64,000 bases of DNA from Dehalococcoides mccartyi (lineage in GTDB: Bacteria; Chloroflexota; Dehalococcoidia; UBA2979): contig CAMBFG010000002.1 in assembly GCA_945865925.1 (NCBI GenBank), forward strand, positions 12,421 to 76,420, in the 5' to 3' direction. This document shows positions 18,993-27,176 of this stretch, one piece after another. Position numbers and translations under genes: made by a program. Position 1 is the stretch's first letter; the number at the start of each line of letters is the position of its first letter. The notes beneath the pieces were generated by a model that was not told the DNA's origin, did not search any database, and saw only the letters and a program-made list of their open reading frames with translations.

Positions 18993-20366
18993 TTGGATCA
19001 CGAGGCCGCTCCCACCACCACTGATCAGGATGTATCCATCGCCTCGGAGGGCGGGCGAGGAGTCCCACGTCGGCGATTCCTGACTCTGGCCGGTGCTGCC
19101 CTCGCCCTGCCGCCCCTGCTCGCGGCCTGCGGCAGCGACGAGTCCGCACCAAAGTCAGATAGCACCGCCGCTGCGCCCGCACCGAACGCCACTGCGGCGC
19201 CCGGCGAAGTCGTCCCTCAGGGATCGGGCGAGAAGATCAAGATCGGTTTCATCGCGCTCACCGACTGCGCCTCGGTCGTGATGGCGAAGGAACTCGGCTA
19301 CTTCAAGAAGTACGGCCTGGATGTGGACGTGGTGAAGCAGGCCTCCTGGGCCAGCACTCGTGACGCGCTCCTGACGGGCGACATCCAGGCCGCGCACATG
19401 CTCTTCGGGATGCCATTCTCCGTGTACACGGGCATCGGTGGCACTGCCGGCAAAGAGATCATGATTGCAATGGTCCTGAACCAGAACGGCCAGGCGATCA
19501 CGCTGTCTAACCCCGACTTCGGCGGCAAGGTCGGCTACAAGCAGACCGATAAGGTGAAGGCCGCCGTTGACGCCGTGCGCGCTCGCAAAGAGCCCACCTT
19601 CGCAATGACCTTCCCAGGCGGCACGCACGACATGTGGCTGCGCTACTGGCTCGCCGCGGCGAACGTCAGCCAGAAGACGGTCAAGATCATCACGATCCCG
19701 CCTCCGCAGATGGTCGCAAACATGAAGGTCGACGCGATGGACGGCTTCTGCGTCGGCGAGCCGTGGGGCGGCGTCGCCGTGAAGGAGAACATCGGCTTCA
19801 CCGCCATCACTACCCAGGACATCTGGAAGCACCACCCCGAGAAGGCCCTCGGCGTCAACGCCGACTTCGCTACCAAGCGTCGAGGCGACCTGAAACTGAT
19901 GGTGCGCGCCATCCTTGAGGCGTCCCAGTACATCGAGGACAAGAAGAACATCCCGAACGTCGCGAAGGTCATCGGTGCGCAGTCGTATGTCAACGCGCCG
20001 GCGGACGTCATCGACAATCGCCTCGAAGGCCGGTACGCGCTCGGGAAGGACCTGGGCGAAGTCACGTTCGGCGAAGACACCATGCGGTTCTACCGCGAGG
20101 GCAACGTGACGTTCCCGAAGTACAGCCACGCGATGTGGTTCATGGCGCAGTACGTGCGGTTCGGGTACCTCAAGGAGATGCCAGCCAACGCCAAGGAGAT
20201 CGCCCAGAAATTGATCATGCAGGACCTCTACAAGGAAGTCGCTGCTGAGATGAAGGTGCCGGTCCCCACCGACGACATGAAGCCCTTCACGCTGGACCTG
20301 GACAACGCCACCTTCGACCCGAACAACCCAGCCGCCTACCTCGCGAAGTACGGGAACCTGGCATGA
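18993..20366 (+). CDS. nrtA: nitrate/nitrite ABC transporter substrate-binding protein (Tat-lipoprotein)
   Basis: Twin-arginine signal RRRFLTLAGAALALPPLLAACGS with NrtA/CmpA-like body. TTG start with a GAGAGGA RBS. Confidence 0.75.
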   Translation: MDHEAAPTTTDQDVSIASEGGRGVPRRRFLTLAGAALALPPLLAACGSDESAPKSDSTAAAPAPNATAAPGEVVPQGSGEKIKIGFIALTDCASVVMAKELGYFKKYGLDVDVVKQASWASTRDALLTGDIQAAHMLFGMPFSVYTGIGGTAGKEIMIAMVLNQNGQAITLSNPDFGGKVGYKQTDKVKAAVDAVRARKEPTFAMTFPGGTHDMWLRYWLAAANVSQKTVKIITIPPPQMVANMKVDAMDGFCVGEPWGGVAVKENIGFTAITTQDIWKHHPEKALGVNADFATKRRGDLKLMVRAILEASQYIEDKKNIPNVAKVIGAQSYVNAPADVIDNRLEGRYALGKDLGEVTFGEDTMRFYREGNVTFPKYSHAMWFMAQYVRFGYLKEMPANAKEIAQKLIMQDLYKEVAAEMKVPVPTDDMKPFTLDLDNATFDPNNPAAYLAKYGNLA

Positions 20367-21220
20367 GCACACTCACGGAACAACGTGTGGCCGTTGGCAC
20401 CCGTGTCGGCGGACGAACCTTCGAGGTCCCCGCGGCGAAGATCGTGCGCAGCATCGCAGTGAACGTGGGCTCGCTCGCCGCAGCGGCCGGCATCCTCGGA
20501 CTGATCTGGGGCATCGCCGCCGCGACAGTCGGTGACGACCTTCCGGGCCCGATTGCGACGATGAAGACATTCTTCACATTGGTCAGCGACCCGTTCTACG
20601 ATCGCGGACCAAACGACAAGGGCATCGGCATCCAACTCGGCGCCTCGCTCTGGCGAGTATTCCGCGGATTCGCGGTCGGGACAGCTGTGGCGATCCCGCT
20701 CGGCGTGCTCATCGGCTCGAGCGAGATCGGACGCCGCGTGTTCGACCCGATCGTGCAAGTCTTGCGACCGGTCTCACCGCTCGCCTGGTTCCCGATCGGC
20801 CTCGTCACCCTGCAGTCGGCTCCGGATGCCGCCGTGTTCGTGGTGTTCATCACGTCGCTCTGGCCCACGGTCATCAACACCGCTTTTGGCGTGTCGAGCA
20901 TTCCGCAGAGTCACCGCAACGTGGCGCGAGTCTTTGAGTTCTCGCCAGGCACCTACCTGCGCCGGGTCGTCATCCCTCACAGCCTCCCGCACATCCTCGT
21001 AGGACTGCGCCTGAGCATCGGTATCGCCTGGGTGGTGATCGTGGCGGCGGAGATGCTCTCCGGCGGCACCGGCATCGGGTTCTACGTCTGGGACGCCTGG
21101 AACGCCCTCGACCTGCAGCGCGTCATCTCCGCCATCCTGCTCATCGGCATCGTCGGCCTGCTCCTCGACCGCGTGGTCTCGATGATCGCCCACCGCTTCG
21201 AGTACCCGGAGGTGCCGTAG
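20363..21220 (+). CDS. nrtB: nitrate ABC transporter permease
   Basis: NitT/TauT permease. Its start overlaps the nrtA stop (ATGA). Confidence 0.85.
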   Translation: MSTLTEQRVAVGTRVGGRTFEVPAAKIVRSIAVNVGSLAAAAGILGLIWGIAAATVGDDLPGPIATMKTFFTLVSDPFYDRGPNDKGIGIQLGASLWRVFRGFAVGTAVAIPLGVLIGSSEIGRRVFDPIVQVLRPVSPLAWFPIGLVTLQSAPDAAVFVVFITSLWPTVINTAFGVSSIPQSHRNVARVFEFSPGTYLRRVVIPHSLPHILVGLRLSIGIAWVVIVAAEMLSGGTGIGFYVWDAWNALDLQRVISAILLIGIVGLLLDRVVSMIAHRFEYPEVP

Positions 21221-22062
21221 TGACCCTCACCACTCATCCTGAAACCCCCATCGATCCGTTCGCCGATCGCCGCTGGCGCGAGACGAGCCGTGCTCCTCAC
21301 ATCGAGGTAGCCGGGGTCGAAGTCTCGTTCGGCGCCTACACGGCGATCACGGGCATCGACCTCGCGATCGCGCGGGGGGAATTCGTCAGCCTGATCGGCC
21401 ACTCCGGCTGTGGCAAATCGACCTTGCTCAATCTGATGGCAGGCCTCGGGCGACCGACGCAGGGCACGGTCCAGGTCGAAGGCCAGATTGTCGAGGGCCC
21501 GGCCGCGGATCGCTGCATGGTCTTCCAGCATCACGGCCTCCTGCCGTGGCTCTCTGTGTACGACAACATCTACGTGGCCGTGGATGCTGCGAGGCGATCC
21601 CACACCACCGACGAGAAGGCCGCGCGCGTGGAGCGTGTGCTCCAGGCCGTGCGGATGTGGGACCACCGAACGAAGAAGCCTGGCATGCTCTCTGGCGGCC
21701 AGCGTCAACGTGTCTCGGTTGCGCGTGCGTTCGCTGTGGCGCCTTCAGTCCTCCTTCTGGACGAGCCCTTCGGTGCGGTCGACGCGCTCACCAAGCGGGC
21801 GCTCCACCGCGAACTCGTCGAACTGTCAAGCATTGTCGGCACGACGGAGACCGTCGTGATGGTCACGCACGACATCGACGAAGCGATCTTCTTGTCTGAT
21901 CGCATCGTCGTAATGACCGACGGGCCTTCTGCTGGCATCCGCGAGATTGTGGACGTGCCGATTGCGCGCCCCCGCACGCTATCCGATGTGATGCACAGCC
22001 CGGTCTACATCGAACTCCGAGACCACCTGCTCAGCCTGCTCGGTGACGACGAACCGCGATAG
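21220..22062 (+). CDS. nrtC: nitrate ABC transporter ATP-binding protein
   Basis: GHSGCGKST, LSGGQRQR, LLLDEP. Confidence 0.85.
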   Translation: MTLTTHPETPIDPFADRRWRETSRAPHIEVAGVEVSFGAYTAITGIDLAIARGEFVSLIGHSGCGKSTLLNLMAGLGRPTQGTVQVEGQIVEGPAADRCMVFQHHGLLPWLSVYDNIYVAVDAARRSHTTDEKAARVERVLQAVRMWDHRTKKPGMLSGGQRQRVSVARAFAVAPSVLLLDEPFGAVDALTKRALHRELVELSSIVGTTETVVMVTHDIDEAIFLSDRIVVMTDGPSAGIREIVDVPIARPRTLSDVMHSPVYIELRDHLLSLLGDDEPR

Positions 22063-22082
22063 CACTCGACACGAGGGACTTC

Positions 22083-22823
22083 ATGACGTCACAACCCGCT
22101 CCCTGGATCAGCCGGCTGTTCTCGTTCGGCAGTAAGGCGAGGACGGCCTCGACGCGTCCCGCCTCGGAACGGCGCATCCGAGAAGGGATCCGACCGCCGA
22201 AGTTCGCAGATAAGTTCGCATTGCTCGACTTCGAGGCGCCGGTCGCGCCGGTCATCTCGATGTTCGCGCCGCCGCCCGAACTCATGCTGGGCGACGTCAC
22301 GATTGGCATCCGCGGCGAAGACCTCAAGTACGCCGACATCCCGTGGTCGACCCTTTCGGCGGTGCCACGCGTCTCGATGAAGGCACCGATGGTCTGTCAG
22401 ATCTTCAACTGGAACGAAGAGATCGAGTGGTCGGGCATCCGACTCGCGGACTTCCTGGAAGCAACCGGATTACAGGTCCACGACCTCGGCTACTTCGTCA
22501 TTCACTCTCGCGATGGCCAATACTTCGAGACGCTCTCGCGCGATGAGGCACTGGACCCGCGAGTCATGCTCGTCAACCAGATGAACGGCCTGCCGCTCCC
22601 ACACGAATACGGCGGCCCGGTCCGCCTCGTGGTGCCGTTCCTGCAGGGGTACAAGAGCGTGAAGTGGGTGGCGCGCATTCACGCCTACCGACACGACCCC
22701 ATCGGCATCAAGCGGCTGCTCGGTCAGAGCAAGTCCGGTGCGCTGGGCCGTGCCTGGCTCGACAAACTCGGAATCGTCCCCGCCGAGGGCCGTGCAGGCG
22801 ATCCGGCCCCCGACCGCGTCTAG
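22083..22823 (+). CDS. sulfite-oxidase-family molybdopterin (Moco) domain protein, no signal peptide
   Basis: SO-family Moco domain with a candidate Mo-ligand Cys in MVCQIFNWNEEIEWSGIRLADFLEATG. Other matching motifs are YGGPVRLVVPFLQGYKSVKWV and the NGLPLP region. It is 246 aa with no dimerisation or heme domain. Confidence 0.7.
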   Translation: MTSQPAPWISRLFSFGSKARTASTRPASERRIREGIRPPKFADKFALLDFEAPVAPVISMFAPPPELMLGDVTIGIRGEDLKYADIPWSTLSAVPRVSMKAPMVCQIFNWNEEIEWSGIRLADFLEATGLQVHDLGYFVIHSRDGQYFETLSRDEALDPRVMLVNQMNGLPLPHEYGGPVRLVVPFLQGYKSVKWVARIHAYRHDPIGIKRLLGQSKSGALGRAWLDKLGIVPAEGRAGDPAPDRV

Positions 22824-24238
22824 CGCAGCGCGAGCACGTCACCCGCACCCGTAGCGACGAACATGGCGGCGCGCGTCGGCGCCAGACTGCGGATGCCATC
22901 GATCTTGCGCTCACCCACGGGCTTGCCGGTGGCCGCGTCCAGCAGCAGCAGGCGGCCTTCCTCGCCGAAGAGGAACCCGTCGGCCGTGGCGATCGGTGCG
23001 ACCACGAGACGACCCGTCGTGGTGCTCCAGACCGGCTTCCCGTCCGCGAGGCTCAGCGCAGCGGCCACCCCATCACGGGAGGTCACCACCGTGACGTCCC
23101 GACCGACTGCGGCAGGCATCGTCGTCCGCGGGAGCGACGTGACGTCCCAGATGGTCGGCGCGGGCGGAACCGCCGGTGCCATACCGATCAGGTGGAAGCG
23201 AAACCATGCGCCTCGGACGCCGTCCCACCACGGGCTGCGTGAGGACGTCTCGAACACCGTCGCGTTCCGGCCGTAGAGGGCGAGCACGCGTCCGTCGCGC
23301 ACCGCCAGCGAGGACGGCTGCGTCCGGGAGAACGCCACATGGAACGTGACCTGGCCGTTCGTGCGGTCGAAGGCAACGGACTTGTCTCCCGTTGCAACGA
23401 CGAGGTACTGACCCTCGACGACCGGCGCGACGGTTGCCCAGCCCACGTCGAGGATCTGCTCCCAGAGAATGCGGCCAGTCTCGGCGTCGAACGCGAACAG
23501 GCCATCGGTGCTGTAGGTGTACACGACGCCATCGACTACCACGGGCGACGCCTGGAACGAGCCGGCGACGAAGCGTGACTGCCACGCCTCCGTGCCGTCC
23601 AACGCGCTCACAACGGTTACGCGCCCTTCGCGCTGAGCGATGTACACGCGGTCACCTGCGATCACCGGCGCCGCAAATGGCGCGGTGCTGAGGGGCAGCG
23701 TCCACAACGTCTTGCCGCTGGCCGCATCAAGGCCGACCACACGGCCGTCCTCGAGTGCCGCCACGACAATCCGCCCATCCGAGACGAGCGGCGTGGCCAC
23801 CGGTGAACCAAGCGAGACCTTCCACGCTTCCGCTCCGCCAACCCGCGAAGGCGCGTCGATGGAACGGAGGCCGCGGGCGTCGCCCTCGGAGGTGGTCCAG
23901 GCGCCGGTAGCCACGGAACGTGTGGCGACCGTCGGGCGGTCAGGCTTCGGCGGCTTGTCGATGAAGGTGGCGTAGACCCACCACCCCACCAGGAGGACCA
24001 GGATCCCCAGCAGCCCGTAACGCCAGATCTGCCCGGCTGAGAACCGCCCCTGCTCCATGCGCTTCGCGAGGCCTGCCTCGACCTTGAGCGCCGTCGCGGC
24101 TTCCTCAGCGGTCAGCGGCGTGACCGACGCGATGTCGCGCCAGCAGTGGAGACAGCGTTCGGAACCGGCGCTGACGCGCCCGCAGGCTGGGCAGCGCCGG
24201 GCGATCTGCGGCTGAACGGGGGCAAGGGTTTCGGGCAT
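22820..24238 (-). CDS. membrane-anchored PQQ-like beta-propeller repeat protein with N-terminal zinc ribbon
   Basis: CPACGRV...CLHCW zinc ribbon, a single TM (YGLLGILVLLVGWWVYATFI), and repeated DG-x-V-x-LDA-x-TGK-x-LW propeller blades. Confidence 0.7.
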   Translation of the reverse strand: MPETLAPVQPQIARRCPACGRVSAGSERCLHCWRDIASVTPLTAEEAATALKVEAGLAKRMEQGRFSAGQIWRYGLLGILVLLVGWWVYATFIDKPPKPDRPTVATRSVATGAWTTSEGDARGLRSIDAPSRVGGAEAWKVSLGSPVATPLVSDGRIVVAALEDGRVVGLDAASGKTLWTLPLSTAPFAAPVIAGDRVYIAQREGRVTVVSALDGTEAWQSRFVAGSFQASPVVVDGVVYTYSTDGLFAFDAETGRILWEQILDVGWATVAPVVEGQYLVVATGDKSVAFDRTNGQVTFHVAFSRTQPSSLAVRDGRVLALYGRNATVFETSSRSPWWDGVRGAWFRFHLIGMAPAVPPAPTIWDVTSLPRTTMPAAVGRDVTVVTSRDGVAAALSLADGKPVWSTTTGRLVVAPIATADGFLFGEEGRLLLLDAATGKPVGERKIDGIRSLAPTRAAMFVATGAGDVLALR

Positions 24239-24305
24239 GGCGACGATCCTAGCAGGCGCTCGAATCCCCGCTCTGCCGGACGAGTTCCACCGTCAGATTT
24301 GAGTC

Positions 24306-24974
24306 CTACGCCCGTCGCCCGCGGCGTCCCGCCGCAACCAGCAGCCGCGCCACGACCGCCCCGACGGTCAGCGCCGCCGTCACGAGGTAGAGCGCCCGCG
24401 CGGGCCACGCCAGGGCGTCACTCCCCGCCTGGAGCGCATGGGCGAACGCCAGGATGCACATTCCGAACGAGAGCGCGTGGATCGAGCGCCACCACGCGTA
24501 GGGGATGTAAGCACGCAGCCACGAGGAGATCGCGACGAGGGCCAGGCCCCAGAACGCGACCGTCCCCAGCGCGATCTGCACGCGCATCACGTCCGAGGTA
24601 TAGGGCACCAGCGCCCCTACCAGGGTGATATCGCTGAACGAGTGCGCCACGAACACGGCGACATGCGCGACCACCGCGATCAGCCCGGCCACTGTCCACT
24701 GCTGGTGGAACTCGATCAGCCAGCGTCGCGAGAGCAGCCCCTCCACACCGCGCGCGCTCACGAGGGCCCCCGTGAACAGCGAGGCCCACAGCGCCACGTA
24801 AGAGACGAACCCGGTCGCGCGGCCGGCGTACCAGAGCAGCGGCGTCTCCGATTCGTCGGCCACCGTCAGCAGCGCCGGCACGACGAGGAGCAGCGCGCCG
24901 GTGAAGCAGACGACCGCCAGCCAGCGCACCGGCGCGAGGAGCAGCGGCGGTTCAACCGAGCGTCGGGTGCTCAA
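24306..24974 (-). CDS. ferric-reductase-like transmembrane heme-b protein (MsrQ/YedZ-like)
   Basis: Polytopic membrane protein with two His pairs at 13/12-residue spacing in TM helices (FHQQW...AVVAH and SIH...LAFAH), the bis-heme ligand pattern of the FRD domain. Confidence 0.6.
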   Translation of the reverse strand: MSTRRSVEPPLLLAPVRWLAVVCFTGALLLVVPALLTVADESETPLLWYAGRATGFVSYVALWASLFTGALVSARGVEGLLSRRWLIEFHQQWTVAGLIAVVAHVAVFVAHSFSDITLVGALVPYTSDVMRVQIALGTVAFWGLALVAISSWLRAYIPYAWWRSIHALSFGMCILAFAHALQAGSDALAWPARALYLVTAALTVGAVVARLLVAAGRRGRRA

Positions 24975-25818
24975 GCCACGCCCCCATCCCCGGCGTCATC
25001 CACCATCCACCGTCGTCACCTTCGATCAGCACTTCCGCCCCATGCGAGCGCACGACATCGAGGCTGCCGGTGCCGCCTGCGACGAGCGTCGTCGCCAGCA
25101 CATCCGCTGTCGTCGCGCGCCGGTGCGCCACCACCGCGCTCCGGACGCCTCGGAACGCGGGCGCGCCGGTCGAGGTGTCGATCACGTGGTGGGCGACCAC
25201 GCCGCTCGCCGTCATCCACCGGCGCTTCGCCGTCGACGACGTCGCCACGGCGCCGGGCCCGAGCCATGCCACGAGGCCATCCCCCACGCCGACCGGCCAC
25301 GGCACCGAGGGCGTGTTGCCTGCGCGCAGGTCCCCGCCGCCGTCGACGAGGTACCGGTCGACTCCGTGCGCCTCGAGGTAGTCGGCGACCGCATCGACCG
25401 CCCAGCCCTTGCCGATGCCACCGAGGTCGAGCGTCCCCTCGCCATCGAGGGTCACCCGATCGCCCGCCACGGTCGCGGAAGGCCGAGCCGTATCGGGATA
25501 GCCGACGACGCCGCTCTGGACTACCTCGAAACTGCGGTCGTAGCCGGCTGCCACCAGCGCGGCCCCAACACCCGGGTCGAAGACACCTTCGGTCGCGTCG
25601 CGCCACTCGAGGGCGGCTCGGACGACGGCGGCCAGCAAGGGATCCGTGGCGGTGCGGTCGCGGTTGAGCGTGCTCAATGCGGAGCACTCGCGAAAGCGCG
25701 ACAGGCGGGCCTCGATGTCCCCTACGAGCGCCTCAATGTCGTCGAGGACACGCGGGGTGGCGCCGTAGGTGCGCACCCACCACTCCGTGTTCATCGCGTG
25801 GAAGGTGCGCTCCTGCAC
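24952..25818 (-). CDS. apbE: FAD:protein FMN transferase (ApbE family)
   Basis: ApbE-like N-terminus FHAMNTEWWV, and a GIGKGWAVD-type motif (GGIGKGWAVDAVADYL). Confidence 0.75.
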   Translation of the reverse strand: MQERTFHAMNTEWWVRTYGATPRVLDDIEALVGDIEARLSRFRECSALSTLNRDRTATDPLLAAVVRAALEWRDATEGVFDPGVGAALVAAGYDRSFEVVQSGVVGYPDTARPSATVAGDRVTLDGEGTLDLGGIGKGWAVDAVADYLEAHGVDRYLVDGGGDLRAGNTPSVPWPVGVGDGLVAWLGPGAVATSSTAKRRWMTASGVVAHHVIDTSTGAPAFRGVRSAVVAHRRATTADVLATTLVAGGTGSLDVVRSHGAEVLIEGDDGGWWMTPGMGAWLEHPTLG

Positions 25819-25827
25819 GGTCGAGGC

Positions 25828-26313
25828 TCAGGAAGCCCGCGACGGCCGGATGATCCGGCGCGGCGTCGCAGTCACCGAGGGCGTCGCGGAGGCGGTGGGT
25901 ACCGCCGTCGGCGTCAGGGCAGGAGTCGCCGTCGGGGCGGGGACGAGTCCCGGGGCTGGCGCGGTAGGTGACGAGGCGGTCGCCGCGGTAGCCGTCGCTC
26001 GCGGGGCAGTCGCCGTGGCCCCGGCCACGGCAGTGCTCGTAGGAGCCGCTGTGGGGCTGCTGGTGGCTGTTGGGACGGGCTGTGCGGGCGCTGGGCTCGT
26101 CGTACCGGCCGGCGTCGATGTTGCCGCGACAGGCGCGCTGGAGGCCGGGTCGCCGCCGGAGCTTCGGATGGCCTCGGCCAGCGCCGTCGAGTCCTGCTCA
26201 GCCGCCTCGCGTGCACGGCGCGATTCGTCGGCGCGGGAGACGCCGAACCACGATCCCGCCAGCACAGCCAGCGAGGTTGCCGCCACGAACAGGTTGACCA
26301 GCGTCCGCCGCAC
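25828..26313 (-). CDS. secreted or membrane-anchored Pro/Thr/Ala-rich low-complexity protein (start uncertain; the ORF extends to 26475)
   Basis: RR-containing N-region plus hydrophobic segment RRTLVNLFVAATSLAVLAGSWFG, then about 110 aa of PT/A-rich linker. GC3 bias supports coding. It overlaps the apbE start. Confidence 0.4.
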   Translation of the reverse strand: MRRTLVNLFVAATSLAVLAGSWFGVSRADESRRAREAAEQDSTALAEAIRSSGGDPASSAPVAATSTPAGTTSPAPAQPVPTATSSPTAAPTSTAVAGATATAPRATATAATASSPTAPAPGLVPAPTATPALTPTAVPTASATPSVTATPRRIIRPSRAS

Positions 26314-26510
26314 TACGCCCCCTGCGCGGCCCCCGCCGCGACTGGTGCCCGAATCTGTGCGCAGAGCGCCGTGAAGACGTCCGCGTGCAGTCTCGGGCTC
26401 AACATCAGAACGATACCTTCCCGCTGTTCGTTTGGAATGCGATAGGAACGTCATCGGTAACGCCTGTGTCGGCACAGCACCGTCACAGGATTCGGACGTA
26501 CGCTCAGTGC

Positions 26511-27176
26511 ATGCGAATTCTCGTGGCCGAAGACGACACCCGCCTCGCCCGCCTCGTAGAGCGCGGACTTGCCGCTGAGGGACACGACGTCCAGGTGGCC
26601 CATGATGGCGAAGAAGCGCTCTTCCTCGCCCGGGAGGCTCTGCCTGACCTCATCGTGATGGACGTGATGATGCCGCGCCTCGATGGGTTCGAGTGTGTCC
26701 GCCAGATGCGGGCCGAGCGCATGGACACCCCCGTCATCTTCCTGACGGCGCGCGGGCAACTCGATGACCGGGTGAAGGGCCTCGACCTGGGCGGCGACGA
26801 CTACCTCGTCAAGCCGTTCGCGTTCGACGAACTCACTGCCCGTGTGCGCGCGTTGGGCCGCCGCGCCGCTGGTGCCGAGGGCGACGTCCTCACGTCGGGG
26901 CGCGTCTCGCTCGATGTGCGCCGGCACGAGACGAGTGTGGACGGGGTCGCCGTCGACCTCTCCCCCACCGAGTACCGCCTCCTGGAGCACCTCATGCGCC
27001 ACGTCGGTCAGGCACTGACCCGGCAGGCGATCCTCTCCGCCGTCTGGGGCTTCGACTCAGAACCGGAACCGAATGCCGTTGACCTCTATGTGCACTACCT
27101 CCGCCGAAAGTTGGGGGATGCCGTCGCCATCGCGACGGTCCGAGGTGTGGGCTACCGCCTCGACCGAGCCGTCTGA
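26511..27176 (+). CDS. OmpR-family response regulator
   Basis: Receiver DLIVMDVMMPRLDG, plus a winged-helix C-terminus (VHYLRRKLG...GVGYRL). Confidence 0.85.
   Translation: MRILVAEDDTRLARLVERGLAAEGHDVQVAHDGEEALFLAREALPDLIVMDVMMPRLDGFECVRQMRAERMDTPVIFLTARGQLDDRVKGLDLGGDDYLVKPFAFDELTARVRALGRRAAGAEGDVLTSGRVSLDVRRHETSVDGVAVDLSPTEYRLLEHLMRHVGQALTRQAILSAVWGFDSEPEPNAVDLYVHYLRRKLGDAVAIATVRGVGYRLDRAV

Noticed and set aside
25860-26110. Highly repetitive GC-rich stretch (gtcgcc/ggggcg...) that could be mistaken for a tandem-repeat array or CRISPR-like repeats
   Set aside because: There is no regular repeat-spacer periodicity. It translates on the minus strand, with good GC3 bias, into a Pro/Thr/Ala-rich linker of an exported protein. 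It is low-complexity coding sequence.
25828-26475. Expectation that the gene upstream of apbE encodes the FMN-binding-domain flavinylation target
   Set aside because: The ORF ends 10 nt into apbE. It contains only an RR/hydrophobic N-terminus and a PT-rich linker, with no [ST]GAT-type FMN-attachment motif or FMN_bind domain visible.
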